DNA of 64,000 bases. It comes from an uncultured Chloroflexia bacterium (GTDB taxonomy: Bacteria > Chloroflexota > UBA6077 > JACCZL01). The notes beneath the pieces were generated by a model. The model was given only the letters and a program-made list of their open reading frames with translations. It was not told where the DNA came from and did no database searches. Shown here piece after piece: positions 10,790 through 21,247 of the stretch. How positions within the stretch are numbered: position 1 is the first letter of the stretch; every line of letters starts with the position of its first letter. Position numbers and translations under genes: made by a program. The DNA lies in contig CAVXYC010000014.1 of the NCBI GenBank assembly GCA_963765765.1, positions 32,001 to 96,000 of the forward strand. The letters are read 5' to 3'.

Positions 10790-11458
10790 CTAACAGGAGC
10801 TGTTAAGAAGCTTCTGGCCAACTGTGATCCGCGACAGGAGCTGATCGAGGAGCACCGCCGTGGCTCCCCAGATCTTGTGCGACTCGAATTGGAAGAAGCC
10901 CTCGAGAACCGTTTCTCCCTGGTTATCGCGCTCTCCCGTACGGAATGCTGATTCCTGCATCAATGCGCTCAACGGTACCTCCACGAGGCTGGCCACCTCG
11001 TTTGGATTCAGTCTGAACTCTGGGTACTCCGGTGAGTACGCGACGAAAGCGGTGACGTAATACCGCGACGCGGCCACGTAGATCGGCCTCAGCGCTGCCC
11101 ACGGCGCGTTTCCCGTTAGGTTGACCCCGATCTCCTCGTTCGTTTCGCGGACGGCCGCGTCCCACGGCGATGCGTCGTCTGCCTCAATTCGGCCGCCTGG
11201 CAACGATATCTGCCCGCCGTGATTTCCGAGATGTGCCGTCCGCTCGGTGAGCGCCAGGGTAATGTCGTTGTTGCGCGGATAGAGAAGAGCCATGACAGCG
11301 CCATGACGGGCTGTCAAACCTTCGGGAGGGCCGGACAAACGCGGTACGATCTCCCCCGTCAACGTACGACGGATCATTCGAGGCGAGACGGCGGGTACAA
11401 GCCCGTCGCTTGCCTCGAGCGCGGCACGGATGACGGAGTCCGTGAGTCTCAAAGTCAC
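10790..11458 (-). CDS. Nudix CoA pyrophosphatase
   Basis: LTER..HL..HGGQISLPGG...AAVRETNEEIG, IWGATA. Confidence 0.9.
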   Translation of the reverse strand: MTLRLTDSVIRAALEASDGLVPAVSPRMIRRTLTGEIVPRLSGPPEGLTARHGAVMALLYPRNNDITLALTERTAHLGNHGGQISLPGGRIEADDASPWDAAVRETNEEIGVNLTGNAPWAALRPIYVAASRYYVTAFVAYSPEYPEFRLNPNEVASLVEVPLSALMQESAFRTGERDNQGETVLEGFFQFESHKIWGATAVLLDQLLSRITVGQKLLNSSC

Positions 11459-11464
11459 CAGGGG

Positions 11465-11974
11465 TCAGCGCCTCGCGGGAATCATTTCGTCGAGAAGCTC
11501 CAGGGCCGCACGAGCGAAGGCGTCCATATTGCCGATGCGATCGGGACTGGCGGTCTCGATGGTGACAGCACGCTCGGTTGGACCGGCAACCGCGAGACAA
11601 ACATGCCCAGCCGCGTCGCCGTAGCGATTGCCCGTTGGTCCGGTGGCGCCTGTCTCACCCAAGCCCCAGGTGGTCGCGTGAATGTCACGTGTACCTCGCG
11701 CAAGCACCAGCGCATGACCTTCGGTGGAGGCGCGTGGGTTAGTAAGGACTTCTTCTGACAGATGGAGCGCTGCTTCTTTGGCCACGCGTGTGTAGACCAC
11801 CGCGCCGCCGACGAAGTAAGCCGAGGCTCCTGGGACCGCCAAAAGGGCCGCGGAGATCAGGCCGCCGGCAGATGACTCAGCAACAGCGATCGTGTCACCG
11901 CGCGCTTTGAGGCGCTCGCCCACCCGCTCTGCCAGGGCAACCAATCCCGCGAAATCCACACCGCTCTCGGCCAT
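11465..11974 (-). CDS. CinA C-terminal/PncC family (NMN deamidase-like) protein
   Basis: IAVAESSAGGLIS..L..VPGASAYFVGG.VVY, GETGATGP. Confidence 0.85.
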   Translation of the reverse strand: MAESGVDFAGLVALAERVGERLKARGDTIAVAESSAGGLISAALLAVPGASAYFVGGAVVYTRVAKEAALHLSEEVLTNPRASTEGHALVLARGTRDIHATTWGLGETGATGPTGNRYGDAAGHVCLAVAGPTERAVTIETASPDRIGNMDAFARAALELLDEMIPARR

Positions 11975-12091
11975 GCCGCCACCTCCAGAGTTGCACTCAA
12001 CTCGCTGAGTATAGCCGCACGTCAACGGCGCCAAAATCTCACTGGCTGGCGTACACTGCGAAGACCAGTAACGATCGAGGAGCATCGCCAG

Positions 12092-12952
12092 ATGGATATC
12101 GGCATTGGGCTGCCCGCCACGATTCCGGGAGTGAAACCGGACCAGATTCTCGACTTCGCTCGCAAGGCCGACGCTGGACCGTTCACCACGCTGACGATGA
12201 TCGACCGACTCGTATTCGATAACTACGAGCCGCTGGTAACGCTTGCCGCGGTGGCGGTTGCCACCACAAAGGTGAAGCTGATGCCGTCTGTCCTGCTGGC
12301 TCCGCTCCGCAACACCGCCTGGCTCGCCAAGCAGGCCGCCACGCTCGACGCTATCTCGGGTGGTCGGCTGGTGCTAGGACTTGGTGTAGGCGCTCGGGGC
12401 GATGATTTCACGGCTGCTGAGGCAGATCTCGGCGGTCGGGGAAAGCACTTTGAAGAACAGATTCATTTAATGAAGCGAATCTGGTCGGGTCAACCGTTTA
12501 GCGACGAGGTCGGACCGATCGGCCCTCCACCCGGACGAAAGGGCGGGCCGCTGCTCATGATAGGTGGGTACCACCCGAACGCCATCAATCGTGTGCGATG
12601 GGCCGATGGATACGTGACGGGCGGGCGCCCGGTCTCAGAGCTACGTCAGTTCTACGATATGGCTGAGGCAGCATGGCGTGACGAAGGTCGCCCTGGAAGG
12701 CCTCAATTTCAATCTGGGATCCCATTCGCCCTTGGGGAGCGAGCGCTCGAAGGGACGATCGCATTTGGTCAGAAATACTACGCATTCATGGGCCCTAATG
12801 TGGCGAAACGAACCGCGGCTATCCTGAAGACACCCGAGGAGATCCGTGACGCCATCAAGGCGTTTCAGGACATTGGTACGGACGAGCTAACCTTCAGCCC
12901 CGGAGTTCCTGATCTCGATCAAGTGGAGCGACTAGCGGACATCGTCGGATAG
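12092..12952 (+). CDS. Luciferase-like (LLM class) flavin/F420-dependent oxidoreductase
   Basis: YEPLVTLAAVAVAT, LAKQAATLDAISGGRLVLGLGVG. Confidence 0.9.
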   Translation: MDIGIGLPATIPGVKPDQILDFARKADAGPFTTLTMIDRLVFDNYEPLVTLAAVAVATTKVKLMPSVLLAPLRNTAWLAKQAATLDAISGGRLVLGLGVGARGDDFTAAEADLGGRGKHFEEQIHLMKRIWSGQPFSDEVGPIGPPPGRKGGPLLMIGGYHPNAINRVRWADGYVTGGRPVSELRQFYDMAEAAWRDEGRPGRPQFQSGIPFALGERALEGTIAFGQKYYAFMGPNVAKRTAAILKTPEEIRDAIKAFQDIGTDELTFSPGVPDLDQVERLADIVG

Positions 12953-12966
12953 AAAGAGAGAAGCTC

Positions 12967-13755
12967 ATGGCAACGGAGCTAGCTACGCATCTAAATCTCG
13001 TCATTGCCAAAACCGGGCCTATGCTGGTGCGCACGCCACGCTGGGTACGCGCGAAGATCGGCGACGTATACGTCGCCGATAGCAAGAGGGTCATGCTGGT
13101 CCGCGAACCCGGAACGCTGCCTGTGTTCGCCTTCCCACGATCGGACGTCCGCGTGGACGTCCTGCGTCCTACGTCCGAGACGCGCGAGAGCCCCAACCTA
13201 GGACCGATCGCGTGCTATTCCATCGAGCTCGATGGAAGGCTCCTGGAGAACGCCGCCTGGACGTGGCCGTCGCTGCCCGACGAGTATGCTGACCTGGCCG
13301 ACCATGTGGCCTTCAGATGGGATGCAGTCGACCATTGGTACGAAGAGGCGGAGGAGATATTCCGCCACCCACGTGATCCGTTCCATCGCGTGGATGCAAT
13401 CGGCAGCGAGCGCCACGTGCGCATCTTGCACAATGGCCAGGTCATCGCCGAGTCACGTCGACCGCGACTACTCTTCGAGACCGGGCACCCAGTTCGGTAC
13501 TACCTGCCGACCGAGGACATCCGGATGGAGCTCCTTGAGCCAACTGATTCCATCTCCGCCTGTCCCTACAAGGGCACAGCGAGCTACTGGCGTGTCAAGG
13601 ACGATGCGAGCGGCCGCGATATCGCCTGGTCTTACGCCGACCCCATTCGGGAATGCCCGTCCATTCGGGGGCTGATCTCCTTCTACAACGAGCGTATTGA
13701 CGGCATCGAAGTAGACGGCGACCTGGTCACAAAGCCGCAGACAAACTGGTCCTAG
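12967..13755 (+). CDS. Tandem DUF427 domain protein
   Basis: HPRDPFHRVD, LLFETGHPVRYYLP, CPYKGTASYW, AWSY. Confidence 0.88.
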   Translation: MATELATHLNLVIAKTGPMLVRTPRWVRAKIGDVYVADSKRVMLVREPGTLPVFAFPRSDVRVDVLRPTSETRESPNLGPIACYSIELDGRLLENAAWTWPSLPDEYADLADHVAFRWDAVDHWYEEAEEIFRHPRDPFHRVDAIGSERHVRILHNGQVIAESRRPRLLFETGHPVRYYLPTEDIRMELLEPTDSISACPYKGTASYWRVKDDASGRDIAWSYADPIRECPSIRGLISFYNERIDGIEVDGDLVTKPQTNWS

Positions 13756-14118
13756 CACCGAAGGAGTGACGCGTGACAGCGGGGCGGGTGGCCGACCTCT
13801 CCTGCCATTTGACACGCCTATGACCGTGACTTCCGCGTGGGGCTCGCCGCTCTCGCGGACCGCCTGATCTGTCAACAAGGACGATCCGGACGTCACATAT
13901 TTGTCACGTTCGGTTTGATTGTGACCGGCACCGCAATCGCGTGAGTTGAGCTCTCTGCGACGTTGACGCAGATCTCACCCGGCCTTATGTCCTTCTCCCA
14001 GTCGCCGCCGGACCGCGGTCGAGCCCACCCGGCAGCTCCGTTCTGGCCGGCCCCGGCACAGGGGCTGCGCTAATTCCGCTTTGACAGCAGGCACGAGCCG
14101 AACGTCTAGGAGGAACCA

Positions 14119-14352
14119 ATGCGGCGAATGATCGCGACCGGCCTGGCGGTGCTGGGCCTAAGCGCGTCCTCGCTAGCTGGGGCGCTACGCGCGCCTGCCG
14201 ATGCGCACGCGCTGACCGAGTCCCCTATCACCAGAGCGGCTGAGGTGTGCCGTCAGGCGGACGAACGCGGGGACCTGAAGGCTTTAAGCATCACGCGGGG
14301 CGACTGCGTGGACTCGCTCGATCGGGCCGCGTACCGAGCAGGCAACTCATGA
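14119..14352 (+). CDS. Small secreted hypothetical protein with two cysteines
   Basis: AGGAGG RBS; signal-like MRRMIATGLAVLGL...AHA; EVCRQ...TRGDCV. Confidence 0.55.
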   Translation: MRRMIATGLAVLGLSASSLAGALRAPADAHALTESPITRAAEVCRQADERGDLKALSITRGDCVDSLDRAAYRAGNS

Positions 14353-14653
14353 CATCGCTGCGCTCTGCGCGGTGGTGGGCGTACAGACGAACGTGGGCGC
14401 CACCACGACGAATCAGTGCATTCGGAACGTCGAAGACCTTTTAGCCATCTAATCGTGGCCGGTCGAGCGTTAGGGCCAACCGAGGCCGCTCCGGCCCCAG
14501 AGCTCAGTGGCGCCCGATTGAGATCGACGGCGTCCAGCCAGACAGACCCGAAAGAGATAAGGATCGCGGGCTGATTCCCGCAGACCCCTCAATGTTGTGG
14601 ATCTTCCGAGACGGGTCCGTGCCTCCCCGACTCTCACGGAGCTCGGCGAGATG

Positions 14654-16045
14654 CTAGTCGCCGTGAGCGTCGGGGTCGAAAGGAGGTGTCGCTGTTGGAG
14701 TCGGAATTGGCCCGGAAGTCGGGGTGGAGGCCAGGGTCGGCGTCGATGTTACTGTTGGGGACGGAAGCGATAAGGATGCTCCACCGACCGCCGCGGCGGC
14801 GTTGATCCGACCGTGCGCGGTGAAGTTCCTAAAATCCGTCCCGGTCCCTCTCGTGCGATCCGCCGTACTCTCAATTCGGTTCCGGACGCAGCCGTTGTCT
14901 TTGGGCTTGCAGAGGTCAGTCGACCAGATGAGCCCGGCCAAGCCCGCCACGTGTGGGGTGGCCATGGATGTCCCGTTGAGGGGGGCGTACCCACCCGTCC
15001 CTGATCCCCAGAGGGCCGTGCTGACCTTCGGTGCGGTCGACAGGATATCCGCGCCGGGCGCGGCCACGTCGACCCAGTTACCACCATAGTTGGAGAAGCT
15101 TGCTCTGGCATCCTTGCGGTCAGTCGCGCCAACGGCGATAGAGTTCGCATAGGCGCCCGGATAGAATCCCCAGTTCTGTCCGTCATTGCCCGCCGCAGCA
15201 GCGATGACAACTCCGGCATCCCACGCGTGGTTGACAGCCAGCTCGAGCGTCTGCGAGAGCGAGTATCCACCCAAGCTCAGGTTGATCACCTGAGCACCAT
15301 CATCCGCGGCGGCGACGATCCCATTAGCAATCCAATCCCACTGCCCGCTGCCACTGTCGTCCAACACCCTGTAGTTCCAGACGGAGCACTGCGGGCAGGT
15401 GCCGCTGACGCCCGACGTGTTGTTTGTACTTCGCCGCGACGCTCCCCGCAACGTGGGTTCCATGACCGTACCGGCCATCGGCCGACCCGCTACCTGTGAA
15501 ATCTCGGCTCCGGGCAATGGCGAGATCTTCATGGGTCGAGTCGACACCGGTATCGATGACGGCCACATTGACGCTCGAGCTGCCTTTGATCCCGGCAGTG
15601 TTCCAGACTTCGTACGCATCAATGTCGGCGTCGGTGGTGCCGCCCGACTGACCCGTATTGCGATACTGCCATTGCTCGTCAAACCGAGCATCGTTGGGAT
15701 ACGTCGCCCCGTGGGTGATCGCCTCATAGCGGCGGTTGGGCTCTGCTAATTGCACATTGGGGTTCTGTCCGTAAGCCGCGGCGGCTGCCACCTCGCGGCC
15801 TGGCGGGACTTGGACCACCTGGACGTCGATCCGAGGGATTGTCGATCGTACCTGCGCCTGCTGCGCCCGATGAGCGTCGGCCACCTCTTGTCCCGGGGTT
15901 CCCGGGCGAAACTTGACCAGCACCTCCCCCGACGACGGGCGAGGCGGCTGGGCACGCTGCCTCGCCCGCGGAAACCGAGCGGTATCAAGGCGAAGCACAG
16001 GGCGATCATGGCAAAGGTTAGAACAACACGCGGTACCGTGAGCAT
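14654..16045 (-). CDS. S8 subtilisin-like (thermitase-type) secreted serine protease, frameshifts near 15970 and 15430
   Basis: Signal peptide, prodomain (EVLVKFRPG), VIDTGVD, HGTHVAG, AAAGND, GTSMATPHVAG; Pro/Thr-rich tail. Confidence 0.9.
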
Positions 16046-16666
16046 CGTTTCCAGGAGGTCCTGGGAGTGCCGAGGCTGCTGCTCAGGCTGTCTCGACCTC
16101 CATGTCCGCTGGACGCAGGCGCATCGTTTCGAGACTCACCACGCCTGGCGGACGATGTCCAGGTAGAACCCAGACTAAATGCCGGAGTACGCGTTCGCCC
16201 CAGGCCGAAAACGGACGGCGCTCTCGCTGTTCGCGGCGGGCCTGATGCATCGGATGCCCAGATTAGTGAGGAGTGGTCCGCTGATGCGGCGCAACGCAGG
16301 TCCTGGAGCATCGGTCCTTGAAACTCGCGGATGTCGTGCTCCCTGCGGCGAACGATCTGCAACGGTAATGTGATTCAGCAAATCCGAAAACTCGTCGATA
16401 ATGGTAGCGAGTGGTAGTCGCGGAATATCGCGAAAAGGACAAGGCATGGAGACCGAGATCACCCAAGCGCAGGCGTCTCGCGCAATAGATGGTCTCAATG
16501 CGGCGCTCATAGTGGGGTCTCAGAGTATCTGTGGCGTGCCACGTGCGGGCCAGTCAGCGGCGAACCAGTCAGATGTCCGGTGGCGATACGCCCACGAAAA
16601 TCAAGGAAGACTTCGGGGAGTGGACGTCCGCTGCGTCCGGTGAGCTACTCGTCCTGAAACTGATCG

Positions 16667-17140
16667 ATGGTTAAAACGACGGTCGCAAACGATGCGCTCT
16701 TCGAGCTGGTGAACGCTCTCGACTGTGTATCCATGACGCTCTCGGAGATGACGCGTGTGCTGGAAGCCCAACGCGAAGCAGTGTCGTTGAACGACCTATC
16801 CCGGCTTCTCGTCGTCACGGGCGAGCAGGACGAACTGACGGCTCAACTTGAGCGATGCGACCGTCGGCGCCAGCGAGCGCAAGCGCACATTGAGCGCGAC
16901 CTCGAGGTCGTTGGACTGCGCGCCATCATCGCAGCACTACCTGACGCGCTCCAGTTCCGCACTCGCCTCACCGAGCTGGCCGACGCGATCGGTCCGAAAA
17001 CCGAGGCCCTTCGCGAGCACGGTCGATTTCCCTCGCAGCTCCAGATAGCGTCCATGGAGCAAGCTCGACAATCCCGCGCATATCTGCTCCAGGAAGCCGG
17101 CAGAGAGCCAGCATACGCTGCTCCGTTGTTCACTCTATGA
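16667..17140 (+). CDS. flgN: Flagellar export chaperone FlgN-like protein
   Basis: Helical 157 aa (LEAQREAVSLNDLSRLLVVT.EQ..L...L...DRRRQ); gene order with flgK/flgL/fliW/csrA remnants downstream. Confidence 0.65.
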   Translation: MVKTTVANDALFELVNALDCVSMTLSEMTRVLEAQREAVSLNDLSRLLVVTGEQDELTAQLERCDRRRQRAQAHIERDLEVVGLRAIIAALPDALQFRTRLTELADAIGPKTEALREHGRFPSQLQIASMEQARQSRAYLLQEAGREPAYAAPLFTL

Positions 17141-17202
17141 TCGATACGGCCTTCGGCCTCGCTCCGGCGTTCCGTGCCCTGCACACTCAGCAGACGGACT
17201 AG
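17137..17202 (+). pseudogene. flgK: N-terminal stub of hook-associated protein FlgK
   Basis: ATGA overlap with flgN; MIDTAFGLAPAFRALHTQQTD* resembles the FlgK N-terminus (F.GL..A.RAL..QQ). Confidence 0.55.
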
Positions 17203-17205
17203 CGC

Positions 17206-17470
17206 ATGACGACTCGAAATGTGGCCAGCGCGATTACCTGGGGCTTCAGGCGACTGGGCGCCAGCTTTGTGGTCACAGCCTGCCTGGACACCGCCAACGC
17301 CCACAAGAATCTGAATCGATCAAGGCCAGCCAAGCTTCGCTCCACGATAGCGGACACTGATTTCGTCCCGGCCATTACGGGTCTCACCGAGCAGGCGACG
17401 GTTTTCAAGACCGCCGTGGAAGAAGGTCGGTCGGCCATTCCGCTTGGCCCGCCGGATCACCTGGGGCAGA
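17206..17470 (+). pseudogene. flgL: C-terminal fragment of FlgL (flagellin C-terminal-like)
   Basis: LGA...LDTA...LRSTIADTDFVPAITGLTEQATVFKTAV resembles the FlgL/flagellin C-terminal helix. Confidence 0.6.
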
Positions 17471-17479
17471 GGAGTATTT

Positions 17480-17660
17480 ATGGCACCCGTTGACACTAGT
17501 GGCTTGGGAAGACTCGAAGCGCTCGTGCTCGCTGACGAGCCGACTCTCACGTTTCCCGAGGTGCTGCCCCGTTTTGAATTCGTGGCCGAGTCAGCGTTCA
17601 TTGGGAATCAGCGTGTCCCCACATGTACGACCAGCTCGGACGCATCACGCTCGCTGAGCC
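17480..17660 (+). pseudogene. fliW: Truncated flagellar assembly factor FliW
   Basis: GAGGAG RBS; MAPVDTSGLGRLE....PTLTFPEVLPRFE resembles the FliW N-terminus (T.RFG.I....ITFPEGLPGFE). Confidence 0.55.
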
Positions 17661-17664
17661 CATT

Positions 17665-17916
17665 GTGCTCGTTCTGAGCCGTCGCGCCGGCGAATCCATT
17701 CTGATCGGCGGCGAGGTCGAGGTCATCATTCTGGGCAACGAGGGCGGCCAGGTCAGGGTCGGCATCCGCGCCCCACGAAACATCACCGTCCTTCGGAAAG
17801 AGCTTCTCCAGGAAGTGGAGGACGAGAAACGCCAGCCCGCCTCCGGCACCGTCCCCGGCGGCCTGAGCGCCCTGGCCGAGAAGACCGAGATCGGACCGAA
17901 GTCGATAGCCAAGTAA
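17665..17916 (+). CDS. csrA: Carbon storage regulator CsrA
   Basis: (V)LVLSRRAGESILIGGEVEVIILGNEGGQVRVGIRAPRNITVLRKEL. Confidence 0.92.
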   Translation: MLVLSRRAGESILIGGEVEVIILGNEGGQVRVGIRAPRNITVLRKELLQEVEDEKRQPASGTVPGGLSALAEKTEIGPKSIAK

Positions 17917-17989
17917 CCGTTCGCTCGATTGTCTTTGGTCTAGGAGAGCTCGCTTCGACTGAAGCGGGCTCTCCGTTTTGTGCCTGGAT

Positions 17990-18200
17990 CTCGAGCTCGC
18001 TGGTACTACAGAACCTGGCGGCTGGTCTCTCGAACGAGGAGATCGCGGAACGGATGGGCTTCGCCGAGAGTACGGTGAAGAATCGACTCTCGATGCTCTT
18101 TCTCAAGATTAGCGTCGCCGATCGTACGCAAGCCGCCATCTACGCCATCCGTCACGGTTTCGCGCCGCTCGACCCGGCAACATCTGATTCGCTTGCGTGA
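17990..18200 (+). pseudogene. LuxR-type HTH domain fragment
   Basis: Read from DNA: LVLQNLAAGLSNEEIAERMGFAESTVKNRLSMLFLKISVADRTQAAIYAIRHG*; no in-frame start or receiver domain. Confidence 0.75.
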
Positions 18201-18639
18201 TCGAGCAAATCGACGGCCCAAACGCCATAACACTGGCGCGAGCCTAGCGGTGTATGACTCATTTTTGTTGGTCGTGTACCGGGGATGCTGGGACGCGCTC
18301 CTGGGACCGCCGACATATTTGACTGAGACCCAGCCTAGCGCGATCGGATCGCGCGCATGGTTCATGATGACGTTATAAGGACTCGCCGCGCGCGTCATAG
18401 CGGCGGACCTTAGGACGCGATTCTGCAAGACAGGCCGCAACGACGATGCGACAGAGGAGCTGGCAGTCATCCGCACCGGACTTGATATGGCCGTGGTGAA
18501 ACTTCGAGATTGCTCGTGGAGCTACGGCCTCCCGCCTGAATTCAGCGCCTACGCGCCCTACCCGGCACTCGGTCAGCCATCGTTTGTCGAGTTGAAACTG
18601 CGGTGGGTCGCTCATTCGGCTCGACACACCGCGGCATAC

Positions 18640-18720
18640 ATCTTAATCTCGGTGGCCTGGGCGAGCATCAGCGGCGGAATGGCGACCCCTAGCTTTCGGG
18701 CCGCTATCCGCGCCGCGAGC
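18640..18720 (-). pseudogene. C-terminal remnant of an ABC substrate-binding protein
   Basis: AARKLGVAIPPLMLAQATEI resembles the AKALGLTIPPSVLAQA.EVI terminus. Confidence 0.4.
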
Positions 18721-18815
18721 AGCTGAAGCACCCGTCCGTCAGGCGGGCAATTCAGGCAGTTATTGGTCGCTCCGTCCGATACACTGATAGGCACTTCTCG
18801 CCCGGTGACTGCTAC

Positions 18816-19394
18816 TCAGTCCAGTGCCTTGCGCATCGCCCGTTCCAGAAGGTTGCCACCGGACTTCTCTTCTTCGGGCTCGCGATCGGTGGGGTAGATT
18901 TCACGCACCTGCCCAGTCTCATCCGGGTCGTCCACGACGAGACGCTCACGGAGCACCGTATCCTCAACAAGCCGCGTTTCGTTGCGGCGAACATGGCGTA
19001 CCCGCACGTGCTCCTTCAGCACCAATCGTTTCACCACGACAAGCTGCTCTTCGTAGATCGGAATGACGGTCACGCCGTCCTCTTCCCAGGGCTCGGCGCG
19101 CTCTGAGACTTCCTGACCAATCGGTTCACGCTCAAGCTGCACTTCATCTCGAAGTGCCTCAACCTCAAGGTGAGCCGGGACGGCTTCGACATCTCGTCGA
19201 ATTCGAACCGTACCTGCTGGCACCACAGTCTTGCGCGCAATCAGCTCCTCTTCACGCAGCTCCATGGAGCGCCTCTCGGAACTGTTAGCCGCGCTCGGAA
19301 TGTTGGATTCATCGATCGTCTCCCGCGGTTCGGTCGGCAGTGTGGCGTCGTCGCCTACATCATGCCGGTCAATGTGCTGCCGTTGTCTTTCCAT
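18816..19394 (-). CDS. YsnF/AvaK (DUF2382) domain protein
   Basis: MELREEELIARK....GTVRIRRDV; IPIYEEQLVVVKRLVLKEHVRV. Confidence 0.85.
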   Translation of the reverse strand: MERQRQHIDRHDVGDDATLPTEPRETIDESNIPSAANSSERRSMELREEELIARKTVVPAGTVRIRRDVEAVPAHLEVEALRDEVQLEREPIGQEVSERAEPWEEDGVTVIPIYEEQLVVVKRLVLKEHVRVRHVRRNETRLVEDTVLRERLVVDDPDETGQVREIYPTDREPEEEKSGGNLLERAMRKALD

Positions 19395-19493
19395 GTGCGC
19401 CCTCCTGGCCGTTGAGTCTCAACCATTGATAGTCTTGGAAGGGAGGCCATTGTAATGGCCATCCCTCCGCTTTAATTGCAGCCGCACGGGTCA

Positions 19494-20789
19494 TTACCGT
19501 CTCGGGACTTGCCCGCGCGCATCCTCCCAGGCTTCACGGGCATTCTCTCGTGCCCGGTCCCAGGTGATCGTGCGATACCCATTGCGCCGCGACCATTCGC
19601 CGTAGCCCGAGTCGAACTCCGTTTGCGCGTCATTCCAATCGCGATCCCGATAGCGCGGGTCGTGAGCCATCTCGTAGCCGAAGCGGTAGCCCGGCTCGGC
19701 ATCCTCCCATCGGCCGCCCGATGAACCGGAGCGGGACTCCCAGCGCTGCCGATACGACGGCATCGCATCGCCCCAGGAATTGGATCCGGCGCTCCGCTGG
19801 CTCAATTGGGTGTCGCCGACGACGCGAGCATCGCCGGTCTGTTTGACTTCCGCAACTTCGCGTTGGACGTCAGCTTCGACGCGCTCGGTATCCTCCACCG
19901 TCTGTTTCGCAAGCTCGACCTCCTCATAGACCACGGCCCGCTTCTCGGCGATGACCTCTTCGCGGCTGAGCTCGATCACGATCTCCTCGTTGCCGGTAAT
20001 CGGGCGATCCGATGGCCGACGATCGACCGGGCGTCGCTCGACCACCGCTTCCTCATGCGTGACCGGCACGTCCGTCGATCGATGCTCGGTGACGACATCC
20101 TTCTCGATTCCGACTTTCCCGGCGTCCGTTCGCTCTTTCCGCGCCGTGAGCTCTTCTTCCCGGAGCTCGAGGCTCTCCGTTTGACTCGCTCCGCGCGTTC
20201 CCGGAATGTTCCGTCGAGCGGGCGGCCCCACTGTAACGTCCGCCGGATTTCTCATGGGCGCCGCGCTTGTAGGGGCGGTGTCGCGCGTGTCCATGTCATA
20301 GGCCCCATGGGCGTGCAAGATTACGCGGGCATCGTCATAGCGCCCATCAGCCTTGACGGTGACAATCGTTCGACCGCCTTTAAATTCCTCGTCGTAGTAG
20401 CGAGCGTCCTCCTCAGGCACCCCCATTCCAGTTAGGGCGCCGATAAGCCCACCGGCCGCGGCGCCCACCGCCGCACCGCCCAGCACACCAGCCAGCATGC
20501 CACCGGCCAACACGGGGCCGATGCCTGGGATCAGACCCGCCGCCAGGGCGCCCAGCACTCCACCGACAACTCCGCCAGTGAGTGCGCCGGTGGCCGCTCC
20601 TCCACCAACGTCGCCGGTGTCCTTCTCGCCGGCCGAACGTATGGCCCCCTCCTTGTGATCTGAGTCGCGGGCCGCGATCCCAATTTGATCGTCACGAAAT
20701 CCATCGCGCTTCAATTCATTGATCGCGTATTCAGCGTCTTTACCGTCATGGAACACGCCCACGACGGTGGTTCGATCATTTGCTGCCAA
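19494..20789 (-). CDS. General stress protein with Gly-rich membrane segment and YsnF/AvaK (DUF2382) domain
   Basis: TVVGVF...[15 protein letters not shown]...[33 protein letters not shown]...GKVGIEKDV. Confidence 0.88.
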   Translation of the reverse strand: MAANDRTTVVGVFHDGKDAEYAINELKRDGFRDDQIGIAARDSDHKEGAIRSAGEKDTGDVGGGAATGALTGGVVGGVLGALAAGLIPGIGPVLAGGMLAGVLGGAAVGAAAGGLIGALTGMGVPEEDARYYDEEFKGGRTIVTVKADGRYDDARVILHAHGAYDMDTRDTAPTSAAPMRNPADVTVGPPARRNIPGTRGASQTESLELREEELTARKERTDAGKVGIEKDVVTEHRSTDVPVTHEEAVVERRPVDRRPSDRPITGNEEIVIELSREEVIAEKRAVVYEEVELAKQTVEDTERVEADVQREVAEVKQTGDARVVGDTQLSQRSAGSNSWGDAMPSYRQRWESRSGSSGGRWEDAEPGYRFGYEMAHDPRYRDRDWNDAQTEFDSGYGEWSRRNGYRTITWDRARENAREAWEDARGQVPRR

Positions 20790-21247
20790 TGCTCAATTCC
20801 TTCAGTTGTGTTTTGAGAGTTGAAGCTGTGTGCATGATGTTGGTTGGTACGTAATCATCTGAGCGACGTGATTTGCGTCTATTGTTCTCAAACGCTGCTC
20901 CACCTCCGTCTGCCGCTGCCTTTTGTGCGTCCTTTGCGTGTGCCACTGCGCCCGCGGTGCGGCGTGGCGACCTTAAGTGGGATCTGCTAGGCACGCTGGT
21001 GCCAGTTCACCCGCACGGCAATGGCCCCACAACGTTGGGATGAAATGCAGGAAGTTTGCCAACGTGTTCGGCGGCCCGAGCGCGTGAACTGGAGGACGAG
21101 ACGATTACACCGGCAATTTATTTGCGTTGATGGGCCGGAAACCCACATGGGCATCAACATGCCCATATTGCCGCTGAGGCCACTGATTTCGGAAGCGCTG
21201 GTGCGAATCGTGCTTTTGATGCGTTCAGCACGAACTAAAGGGAGGTC

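Noticed and set aside
16046-16666. c-di-AMP or other riboswitch upstream of the protease (prompted by cdaA in the window)
   Set aside because: Only a short GCTGAATC match on the minus strand; the rest of the ydaO-type consensus is absent.
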